The notes: generated from the letters alone by a model not told the origin. A stretch of DNA of 64,000 bases from an uncultured Poribacteria bacterium (GCA_951813565.1 OX638351.1:2784001-2848000), one strand, 5' to 3'. Positions 41,435 through 50,286 are shown, numbered from the stretch's first letter. Program-made: numbers and translations.

Positions 41435-42253
41435 CTACGGTAAAAGTTCCAATTGGAAAATACTTCTGTCCTGATCAGCTGCCACATCATCAGCGTTGAC
41501 ATAGAACTTTGCTGTATAACCGGAGATTAATCCGTCCACATGAATTGTCATCTCGGAATTCTCCGTGTCAACAGAGAATTGAACGCCACGGGTGCCATCA
41601 GCTCCGTTGATTTGTGTGAAGTTTTCCACTTCAAGTTCTTCCCATGAATTAATTCTTAACTTCATTCCTTCTGCGATTCTGATGTCAAGTCCGCTGGTTT
41701 GAGGTGTTCTGCCACGATTTGCTTCTGGGAATGACGCTGGATAGTATATTTGGAGAGTCCAACCTTTGTTAATGTTGTTAGCATTACCTGTATTTGGTGT
41801 AAAACTATCTGGGGGCAGCTGAACTCTTTCGGAATCTACCAACCCTTGTACAATTTCCGTGGTGTCCATTGCCTTTTCTGCCAGCAAAATTGGAAGATCT
41901 TCAAAATAGAAGATGTAGGCTACGCTTGCTGGATGAACGTGAACATAGGCCGCACCATCCCCCTGAATGTCAGCCTCGACTTGTGTATATTTTAGACAAA
42001 TCGTATCAAATCCATCTTGTAAGCAGATTTTATCTTCACCTGTTGAACTGAGATACCTGTCTACATTATCCACAGTAAGTATTGGGCCAGTGTAAGGCGT
42101 CTCGGAACATCCGATTACGGTGAAAAATAAGATAAGAAACGGAGTGAGAAATTTCAAAAATTTGAGATCTTTAAGCCTTATCAGCGTATCAGCAAATGTT
42201 TTAGCACCGTGCTGGCAAGACGTTTCTTGGATTCCTAATTTGATTTTTGACAT
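41435..42253 (-). CDS. Hypothetical lipoprotein (paralog of 40572..41414)
   Basis: IGCSETPY...ICLQDGFDTICL aligns with GCSDMPY...LCLQSGYDSICL. Confidence 0.75.
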   Translation of the reverse strand: MSKIKLGIQETSCQHGAKTFADTLIRLKDLKFLKFLTPFLILFFTVIGCSETPYTGPILTVDNVDRYLSSTGEDKICLQDGFDTICLKYTQVEADIQGDGAAYVHVHPASVAYIFYFEDLPILLAEKAMDTTEIVQGLVDSERVQLPPDSFTPNTGNANNINKGWTLQIYYPASFPEANRGRTPQTSGLDIRIAEGMKLRINSWEELEVENFTQINGADGTRGVQFSVDTENSEMTIHVDGLISGYTAKFYVNADDVAADQDRSIFQLELLP

Positions 42254-42429
42254 GATGGTTTCTCCTTTTGTTTGAGTCTACGTCTGTTTGGAAAATAGAC
42301 GCGTATATTTATTATCACACTTCTAACTGACATATTTCTTTATATTGTAAGGACTTACTATAAGTGTGTCCAAATCAGTAACAGGAAACGTTCTCAAAAT
42401 TTCAATTCGTTCAAAGAGAATAAATTCAA

Positions 42430-42624
42430 TTATTCTGATTTTTCTTTACCCTTTGGCGTCAAATTACGTCCACATGAAGGGCAACTTGATACATACTGGT
42501 ACATTGCTAAGCCACAATCAGGACAGACGCGTTTTGTCTGTAAGTGCGTCACTATCCGAGAAACCAAAATTATACCTAAAAGTAGGAGGATAAGAAACGC
42601 TACCTCCCATAGACCGATCTGCAT
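42430..42624 (-). CDS. Small membrane protein with zinc ribbon
   Basis: N-terminal TM segment followed by CPDCG...CPSCG. Confidence 0.65.
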   Translation of the reverse strand: MQIGLWEVAFLILLLLGIILVSRIVTHLQTKRVCPDCGLAMYQYVSSCPSCGRNLTPKGKEKSE

Positions 42625-42677
42625 TTTTCTTAGATTCCGTTAAGTAGTGGCGACAAAACACTGAGGCTACAGAATGG

Positions 42678-43523
42678 TCAATTATTCTTCACTAAACCGC
42701 GTAGTGTTTTTAGATTTTTTCCATGCATTGTGTTCATATTCGGCGTTTCTATGATGAGTGGCATTTCTGCAAAGCGTGGATCGTTAAGGATATGAGCAAA
42801 TGCTGTTGCGCCGATATTTCCTTCGCCGATATGTTCATGTCTATCTACGCGGCTCTGATACTCCGATTTCGCGTCGTTAATATGAAATGCCTTTAGTCGT
42901 TCCAAACCGATAATTTCGTCAAATTTATTAAATGTGCTATCACAATCACCTTCAGTTCGTATATCATAACCAGCGGCAAAAACGTGACATGTATCAAGGC
43001 AGACCCCAAAACGTTCAGGGTATTTTGACATACCGATCACATCCCGTAAATGCTCAAAACAGTAACCGAGGTTTGTGCCTTGCCCAGCTGTTGTTTCAAG
43101 CAGGACCATGACATCTGGTGCTTCTGTTGTTTCAAATAGCAAATCAAAACTATCACTTAACATCTTCAACCCGAACTCTTCTCCCTCACCGAGATGTGCG
43201 CCAAGATGTGTAACGATATGGTGAATTCCAGTCTTATGTGAAAGCGCCATCATCCGTTTAAACTGGTCGCGTGATTTTTTTAACACATCTTGTTTTGGAG
43301 AAGCAAGATTGCTAAGGTGAATATCGTGAACAATCACGTTCCGAATAGGAGAGTCTTCCCACGCTGTACAAAATTTCTCAATGACATCAGCAGTAGGTGG
43401 CTTTGACTCCCAGCGGTTTGGGTTAGCGAGAAAAATTTGGATTGCATCACATTGCAGGTCGTCACCATTTTTGATAGAATTATGTATTCCACCAGAAGTG
43501 GAAACATGCGCACCGAGGACCAT
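42678..43523 (-). CDS. nfo: Endonuclease IV
   Basis: LGAHVSTSGG, LETTAGQG, CLDTCH.FAAGYD, HINDAK, DRHEHIG. Confidence 0.95.
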   Translation of the reverse strand: MVLGAHVSTSGGIHNSIKNGDDLQCDAIQIFLANPNRWESKPPTADVIEKFCTAWEDSPIRNVIVHDIHLSNLASPKQDVLKKSRDQFKRMMALSHKTGIHHIVTHLGAHLGEGEEFGLKMLSDSFDLLFETTEAPDVMVLLETTAGQGTNLGYCFEHLRDVIGMSKYPERFGVCLDTCHVFAAGYDIRTEGDCDSTFNKFDEIIGLERLKAFHINDAKSEYQSRVDRHEHIGEGNIGATAFAHILNDPRFAEMPLIIETPNMNTMHGKNLKTLRGLVKNN

Positions 43524-43669
43524 ATTTTTTATTGCAAGTTTCGGGAACTTGATTCTCCTTACTTTATGACTATGAAATTACAAACCACATCGCGTAACAT
43601 GCTTATTTCAGTAAAATTTAGATAATTCCACTATTGCATAAACTATATTTCTCAGAAAAAGTTACAAAA

Positions 43670-43724
43670 ATTACAACACTTCTATATTCAAGTCACTATT
43701 TCTTGAATATAGAAGTGTTGTAAT
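43670..43724. terminator. Perfect 23-bp inverted repeat downstream of the dehydrogenase gene
   Basis: ATTACAACACTTCTATATTCAAG-tcactattt-CTTGAATATAGAAGTGTTGTAAT. Confidence 0.55.
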
Positions 43725-43738
43725 ATATGGCTTCTATT

Positions 43739-44755
43739 TTAGGGATGTAACGCTGTTTTAACACCGCGTTGCGCGATAGCGTTATCAAAAGCTTCTAAAC
43801 CTTGTGAAATGGAAAACTGATCGGTTAGCAAAGGTTTGAAATTGATTGCTTCTTGTAGTAGGAGCTGGCGGGATTCTTGAAGGCTTGCTCGGGAAAATGC
43901 CCACGAAGCCATCAGTTTGTGTCCGGTATAGTGAAATTCTTCTAAGTTTATGCGAAGTTCCTCACCTTCCGGCGCAAGACCGAAAAAGTTGATACAACCG
44001 CCTTTGCGTATAACCTGAAAAGCGAGGTTAATCACTGACGTTTTATTTGTCGTAGCGGAGATGACGGTATCAACACCGCCGTGGGTGATTTCATGGAGAT
44101 GTGCAACATTGTCAGGAGAAATATCAAAAGCGGCATCGGCCCCGACAGTTTCTGCGACAGATCTGCGGTAGGGTAGAGGGTCCAGAACGTAGGTTGCTAA
44201 ACCTGCTCGTTTCGTCAATTGGGTGAACATCAACCCGATGGGACCAGCACCGAGGATGGCAACAGTGTTTTGGAAAATGGTTTCTTGCATCGCATTTAGG
44301 CAGCAGCCTAACGGTTCAAGGAAAAGTAGTTCTTCTGGTGGGATGGTGTCTGGCACTCGGATGAGTTTGCCCGTGTCTATGCCGTGTTTCGGCATCCGCA
44401 TGTATTCGGCGTAGCCGCCATCAATGTCGTGTCCGATACCTTCAATCGTATCGCAGTATTTGTCTTTGTCATTTCGGCAATGCACACAACTCCCGCACGA
44501 AAGCATCGGATTTACGGTGACCCGTTCGCCGACTTTTACTTCCGGATGCCGACTCTCAACGATTACACCTGCGAGTTCATGTCCCATCACAACAGGTGGT
44601 GAATAGTCTGATATATCGCCACGGAGCGCAGCAAGGTCAGATGCGCAGATACCGCACAACTCCATCTTGATAAGCACATCCCCGGCATTGAGTGTGGGAA
44701 TTGGTTTGTCTTGTATGCGTAACTGCTGAACTTTTTCAAAAACGATTGCTTTCAT
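43739..44755 (-). CDS. Zinc-dependent (MDR) alcohol/sugar dehydrogenase
   Basis: CGICASD, GHELAG, CGSCVHC...C, GAGPIG; start MKAIVF at ATG44755, 7 nt after the iscB stop. Confidence 0.92.
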   Translation of the reverse strand: MKAIVFEKVQQLRIQDKPIPTLNAGDVLIKMELCGICASDLAALRGDISDYSPPVVMGHELAGVIVESRHPEVKVGERVTVNPMLSCGSCVHCRNDKDKYCDTIEGIGHDIDGGYAEYMRMPKHGIDTGKLIRVPDTIPPEELLFLEPLGCCLNAMQETIFQNTVAILGAGPIGLMFTQLTKRAGLATYVLDPLPYRRSVAETVGADAAFDISPDNVAHLHEITHGGVDTVISATTNKTSVINLAFQVIRKGGCINFFGLAPEGEELRINLEEFHYTGHKLMASWAFSRASLQESRQLLLQEAINFKPLLTDQFSISQGLEAFDNAIAQRGVKTALHP

Positions 44756-44762
44756 ATACGTT

Positions 44763-46319
44763 CTACGCAACCAATGGGCAGTTTACGATGCTATAACTAT
44801 ATCCATCGCGCTTTTGAATTCTTCGGATTTCGGTAATATTTCCAGATTTTCTCGAATCTTTCTCTTCAGGTGCAAAGTATTCTACGCGAAGTTTACGAGG
44901 TTTGCCTACTGCGGTTTTATCAAAACAGTTGATTATCCCTTTCCATTTCCGATCTCGCTTTGTTATCTCAACGTAGTCAAACTTCGCAAAGCCATTTACA
45001 TGCGAAACCTTAGTTGATGGTTTGATGAAACCGGGTGCTTTCATGTCAAATATCTTGCCTACATTGTCGCGTCTACCATATCCTTTAGCTTCAATGATAG
45101 CAACTTGCAGCGACTTAGCTCGTTTCGGAACAATCGCAACAGACGCAGCATCATAATAATGCGTTTTCGGCAATCTGGCAAGATTCCGATGATGTGCTGT
45201 TTTTCCACCAGTGCCACTTATTATTGGGAGCCCTGTTGTTTTGAGTGTCTCAAACAGTTTCCACCGAATAGTGTTGATTGCTGCAGCATCAGAAAGACCC
45301 TTTTCAGATTTTCGGGCTGCTGCTTGGACCTTCTTTGCAAAATCAGTACCAAGCTTTTCTTCCAACTCGGCTCCGTGCAGTTTACCTTTCTTTTCGTTGC
45401 AGTCTTTACATGCCATCGTCAAGTTGCTCGGACGGTTATCTTCACGAACGGCTTTAGGTGCGATGTGTTCTACTTCTAAATGACGTTTGCCTTTTCCACA
45501 ATAAGCGCATTTTCTGCCAGTCAGTTCTAAAAGATATTCGCGTATCTCACGTCCCCATAAAGTTCCTTGTTGATATTCAATGCCATGTATACCAGGATTT
45601 TCCATCAACTGCATATCAAATTTCACCGTCTCAATTGCCAATTGTGTAATCGGGTAAATCTTACATAACCGTCGGGTCCAGGTCTCTAAATTGAAAACAC
45701 GGGACATCAAACTCGGTGCCACCCAACCATTATCGGCGACCCGTTGATGCACAACGCGAATGCGTCGCCAGCGTTTCTTTTGACGCTTGTTCGTTTTGGT
45801 GTCAGGTAAACGCTCCCAACGATACCGCTCGTCTAAAAACATCGCTTTTGACACGCGATTCAAGTCATTTTGAGATTTACTGGAATCCATTCCCTCTGGC
45901 ACTGAAGCACGTTCATATCTCCATCCGTTTTCTGTAAGAATTGGCACTTGACGTTTCCGATTTGCCCACCGAGCAGGACGATACCGTAGATTACGAGTTC
46001 TACGTCCTCTACGAAAGCCCGAACGTTTTTGAAGATTTCTTTTGATTTGCTGCCCACGGTGATGTAATTCCGCAGCATAGACTATATCCCCAGATTCAGA
46101 CACAATGGCGATTCCACTGATGCGTGATCCCGGGTCCCAACTCAACGTATACGGTTTTGTGACAATTTCCGATTCTGGAACTGCTTTCTTAAGAATAATC
46201 GTAAACGGGTATTTTCGCCATATTGCTGCTTCACCGCGTTTCAGTAGACGACGTGCTACAGCAGGATGACAAGGTTCTAAAGGGTTTTTGTCTGTATCAA
46301 TAACTGCTACTTTTGACAT
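44763..46319 (-). CDS. iscB: CRISPR-associated IscB (OMEGA RNA-guided RuvC+HNH nuclease) with REC-position insertion
   Basis: PLMP-like N-terminus (NPLEPCHPAVARRLLK...PFTI), RuvC-I WDPG (D62), bridge helix RRGRRTRNLRYR, RuvC-II IETVKFD (E230), CAYC...EH(285)I...NL..AC..CN HNH, RuvC-III THYYDA. Confidence 0.93.
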   Translation of the reverse strand: MSKVAVIDTDKNPLEPCHPAVARRLLKRGEAAIWRKYPFTIILKKAVPESEIVTKPYTLSWDPGSRISGIAIVSESGDIVYAAELHHRGQQIKRNLQKRSGFRRGRRTRNLRYRPARWANRKRQVPILTENGWRYERASVPEGMDSSKSQNDLNRVSKAMFLDERYRWERLPDTKTNKRQKKRWRRIRVVHQRVADNGWVAPSLMSRVFNLETWTRRLCKIYPITQLAIETVKFDMQLMENPGIHGIEYQQGTLWGREIREYLLELTGRKCAYCGKGKRHLEVEHIAPKAVREDNRPSNLTMACKDCNEKKGKLHGAELEEKLGTDFAKKVQAAARKSEKGLSDAAAINTIRWKLFETLKTTGLPIISGTGGKTAHHRNLARLPKTHYYDAASVAIVPKRAKSLQVAIIEAKGYGRRDNVGKIFDMKAPGFIKPSTKVSHVNGFAKFDYVEITKRDRKWKGIINCFDKTAVGKPRKLRVEYFAPEEKDSRKSGNITEIRRIQKRDGYSYSIVNCPLVA

Positions 46320-46329
46320 TTTTTATCCG

Positions 46330-46580
46330 TGGATGTTGAGATACCCGAAAGCACCTCAACATCCAAAGCTCGCCTTGCGGCGGTAATGTGAGCCTCGTCA
46401 ATGTTATTTCTGCTTTATAACAGGGTTGACAGCGTATTGTAAAGCTGTTTACATTGCCCCGACAGCGCTCCCGGCTGGCTCATGTACCTGGAGGTGTCTA
46501 TATCAGAAATAACGGATTTAATGTTTCCAACCCATAAAGGCTTGACTAGATACCACTTGGGCATGTTTTTTGTTGCAATT
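46330..46580 (-). ncRNA. omegaRNA/HEARO-like scaffold with a 5' tracrRNA-like anti-repeat
   Basis: Minus strand has anti-repeat TTGCAACAAAAAACATGCCCAAGTGGTATC, then HEARO-like motifs (CCGTTATTTCTG...GACACC...TAAACAG...CAGAAATAACATTGACGAGG...CATTACCGCCGCAAGGCG) and a terminal UUCG-capped hairpin. Confidence 0.82.
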
Positions 46581-46673
46581 TTTGCCGTCAACCTCCCAGC
46601 AAAAATGCAAGATTGGAGGTCGACTGCAAACTCTTAAGACTGACGCTTGACGCAGCTTGACTTTAAGTATAGG

Positions 46674-48445
46674 GTTGCAACTCAAACATGCCCAAGCGAT
46701 AACTGCTATCTTCAGCAAGTATCTGACCTTCCTTTTGGGCAAGTTGCAACTCAAACATGCCCAAGCGATAACCTTCAAACGTGTGCGAAAGGCGTTCAGC
46801 ATCTTTTTCGTTGCAACTCAAACATGCCCAAGCGATAACTCTGGTCTGCTGCTTCGTTTATAATGTCCTCAATAGCGTTGCAACTCAAACATGCCCAAGC
46901 GATAACTTATTTAAACGCATATCAAAAATGATAGCACTAAAAGTTGCAACTCAAACATGCCCAAGCGATAACTTGTTCAGCGGATATATCATCACTGGAT
47001 TTGACGCGTTGCAACTCAAACATGCCCAAGCGATAACACTATTCTATGAGACATTTGAGATAAAGCAAAAATTGTTGCAACTCAAACATGCCCAAGCGAT
47101 AACGTTTACCCCTCCGTTTTGCCTCACCAGTGACATCTACCGGTTGCAACTCAAACATGCCCAAGCGATAACTATGTGATGCCGCAATCTCCCAAGATGT
47201 TGGACTTAAGTTGCAACTCAAACATGCCCAAGCGATAACTTTCGATCCTGAAATACCATATGCTTGGGAGCGTGAGTTGCAACTCAAACATGCCCAAGCG
47301 ATAACGCGCGGACCGGCTTTGGTGCGTTCCGCTAATCCGTGATGTTGCAACTCAAACATGCCCAAGCGATAACTTCGGCACATACAACCCTGTAGCACCA
47401 CCTGTCTCGCGTTGCAACTCAAACATGCCCAAGCGATAACACAGAAGGCTTAGACGATTACATGAAACTCAAAAGTCGGTTGCAACTCAAACATGCCCAA
47501 GCGATAACCGAGAAGTAACGTGTGTTATCATTTTCATCTTTCCAGTTGCAACTCAAACATGCCCAAGCGATAACATGTAAAACACCCTTGACTGTCTCAG
47601 GCGTAACCAAGTTGCAACTCAAACATGCCCAAGCGATAACGAAGTACCAAGACCACGCTGCGCAAGATTGCCAGCAAAACGTTGCAACTCAAACATGCCC
47701 AAGCGATAACTTCGGCTGGGGTGATGAAGTATATCTTCAAGGAGTTAGTTGCAACTCAAACATGCCCAAGCGATAACATGGGCAATCGCAGTATCATCAA
47801 AACACTTGAGTTTGTTGCAACTCAAACATGCCCAAGCGATAACTCAGCTGTCCTTTTTCGTTTGCGATGTTGATGCCAAGTTGCAACTCAAACATGCCCA
47901 AGCGATAACGAAAATCGGGGATATAGTCGTAGCGCAAACAGAAGCGTTGCAACTCAAACATGCCCAAGCGATAACTGAGATTCTTTCTTGGGCAAATGAT
48001 GATAAAAATTCGGTTGCAACTCAAACATGCCCAAGCGATAACTCTACGGAGTCTGCACCTATAAATTGTGCGTAACGGTTGCAACTCAAACATGCCCAAG
48101 CGATAACAAAGATCGTCACCACAGGATTTAACAGCAAGGTCAAGGTTGCAACTCAAACATGCCCAAGCGATAACGTATTGGATTGCTCACGGGATTGTCC
48201 GATGCAACGCAGGTTGCAACTCAAACATGCCCAAGCGATAACCACCTCTGCTTTCACTGTAATTATTTTCTGTTTGGTGCGTTGCAACTCAAACATGCCC
48301 AAGCGATAACTCAAAACTTCGTTTAGCGACTTCTTTACTTCAACGCTATGTTGCAACTCAAACATGCCCAAGCGATAACCTATGAAAGCCATCGTTTTGA
48401 AAAAATCCATCAAGTTGCAACGCCAGCACGCTTAAGTGATATAAC
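46674..48445 (-). CRISPR. CRISPR array: 26 identical 30-bp repeats + 1 degenerate repeat, 26 spacers of 34-40 bp
   Basis: Repeat (+) GTTGCAACTCAAACATGCCCAAGCGATAAC from 46674 to 48379; degenerate copy GTTGCAACGCCAGCACGCTTAAGTGATATAAC at 48414-48445; minus orientation inferred from G-U pairing with the anti-repeat. Confidence 0.98.
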
Positions 48446-48449
48446 ATAC

Positions 48450-49478
48450 TTACTCAAACTCATAAGGCACTGTTTCGGACTGATGTGTCTTTGAGGATTT
48501 TTCTGCCAAATCCATGATGGCAATGACACGGCGAGCGGACTCAGGTGTCACGAGCAATGGGGTGCCATCGTTCAAATGCGCAACTATATTTTCATAGTAT
48601 CTGGGTCCGGGTCTTCCGTGATGACCTACTTTCTGTTCCTTCGGATGCCCTTCAACTTCGGATAAAACATGATATTGTCCGCCTTCAGAAACAATAGATC
48701 CGTGTGAACCGAGCATTTTCCATTTCGGTCCGCCGACCTTCGCGATGTTAGACATCTGGATGTTTGCTGACGCACCATCCGCAACAAATTCCCCTTCTGC
48801 AAATCGAATAATAGCTTGCACGTGGTCTTCGTTGGTAATGTCTTTCCAAACAAGGTTCGGCTGAAAGAAGCCGGTGACGTTAATCATGGGTGCTTCAAGA
48901 ATGTTAAGCAGCCAGTCAAGGAAGTGTGCGCCCCAGTCATAGAATTGTCCGCCAGAAATGGCTTTGACGCTGCGCCACCAATTCGGGTTCGGTCTGCCGT
49001 AGCCGCCACCCCACATCTCGGCACTATAGACTTTTCCGATGACACCAGACTGAACAAGTTCGCGGAGCGTCCAGAAGTCTGCGTCCCAACGGCGGTTGTG
49101 GTGAACTGATAGCATCACATCATTTTCTTTTGCAGCGGTAATCATTTCCGTTGCTTCTGCAATTGTGACGCACATCGGTTTTTCAACGACAACGTGTTTA
49201 CCTGCATTGTGGGCTGCCACAGTCGGATCGCAGTGTAGACTGTGCGGCAGGACGTTCGCGACGAGATCAACATCTTCGTCTGCTACGAGGTCTTCAACGG
49301 AGTTGTAAGTTCGGACGTCGGGAAAATCCTGTTTGGCTGCCTTTGTCCGCTCTGGATCAATGTCGCACACTGCAACGCATGTGATGCCTTCTGTGCCTTG
49401 CATCATATTTGCGTGTGCTTTACCCATATTAAATGCTGCCCCATAACCGAGAACAGCACCTTTAATAATATCTGCCAT
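48450..49478 (-). CDS. Gfo/Idh/MocA family oxidoreductase
   Basis: AVLGYG, GKHVVVEKPM, HHNRRWD, GG.FYDWGAHFLD. Confidence 0.92.
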   Translation of the reverse strand: MADIIKGAVLGYGAAFNMGKAHANMMQGTEGITCVAVCDIDPERTKAAKQDFPDVRTYNSVEDLVADEDVDLVANVLPHSLHCDPTVAAHNAGKHVVVEKPMCVTIAEATEMITAAKENDVMLSVHHNRRWDADFWTLRELVQSGVIGKVYSAEMWGGGYGRPNPNWWRSVKAISGGQFYDWGAHFLDWLLNILEAPMINVTGFFQPNLVWKDITNEDHVQAIIRFAEGEFVADGASANIQMSNIAKVGGPKWKMLGSHGSIVSEGGQYHVLSEVEGHPKEQKVGHHGRPGPRYYENIVAHLNDGTPLLVTPESARRVIAIMDLAEKSSKTHQSETVPYEFE

Positions 49479-50286
49479 TATATGTTTGGCTCCTTCTGTG
49501 CGTGGGGTGTTACCCCGATTTCAAATTTTATGAATATCTTATTATAGCATAGATGCGGGGGTGTGTCAAAAATTAAATTGAACAAGGCAGAGGCATTCAA
49601 TTTTCGTCTAATTATCCGTTTTAGTTGAAAAGTTGGGACCTAAAAATCGTTCCGAGATGCACGAATTGATTGTATTTTTCTTCTCATTTTATTGGAATCA
49701 TCTCCTTAAAAAGTTACCATACGGTAACTTTTTTCATACCGTGGTAACTTTTTGAAATTCTCTATAAACTCAGTATATGTAAGGGTTTATAGACATTTTA
49801 TTTAAATTTTATATTTTTCATCTGCGTTGATGAACACAGGTTTCCTTTTGCTGGAGATATTTTATTTTCCTAAGTTTTGCGTTGTCGTCTTGGCATTAGA
49901 GAGTTACTTTCGATTTTCGGTGTGTTTGGGGATCGGTTTTCTCTTTTCATACTGATATTATACCAAGTTCTATGGGGTGATCAGAAGTTTTCGTGGTGTT
50001 AAGAACAATAGATATCCAATAGATTCACAATAAGTTTGCAGGAAAAGTTGGGGTTGATACGTTCTTTTTGCATCTTGGATGAGTGTGTTTTTTGTTGTCA
50101 GCATGGCGGTTGACGCGATTTTTTGCAGTTTTTGTAAAGGAAGAAATTATTGGAGAATTGAATGGCTTTGTGGAAAAGGTCTTAAAATTGACAAACGCTT
50201 AGAGATAGTCTAAACTATTACCACTTTTTAACACGCTTTTACCATAAAGACATATCTTCGGATTAAGTAGTAGATAGGAGGCAACG

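Larger units (their letters stand above)
44760..48445 (-). mobile_element. Putative inserted CRISPR-omegaRNA-IscB module
   Basis: ATAC direct repeats at 44756-44759 and 48446-48449; termini GTT.../...AAC; removing it restores TAA-GTAT-ATG between the two oxidoreductase genes. Confidence 0.6.

Noticed and set aside
44763..46319. Calling the nuclease Cas9 or a plain HNH endonuclease
   Set aside because: It retains the PLMP-like N-terminus, is only 518 aa, lacks a full REC lobe and has an upstream omegaRNA, so IscB fits best.
46518..48413. Many ORFs containing LQLKHAQAIT / VATQTCPSDN / VIAWACLSCN repeats
   Set aside because: These are translations of the CRISPR repeat, not proteins.
46674..48445. 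Treating the array as an orphan type I/III array unrelated to IscB
   Set aside because: Repeat and spacer lengths look class 1-like, but the near-full anti-repeat inside the adjacent omegaRNA ties it to IscB.
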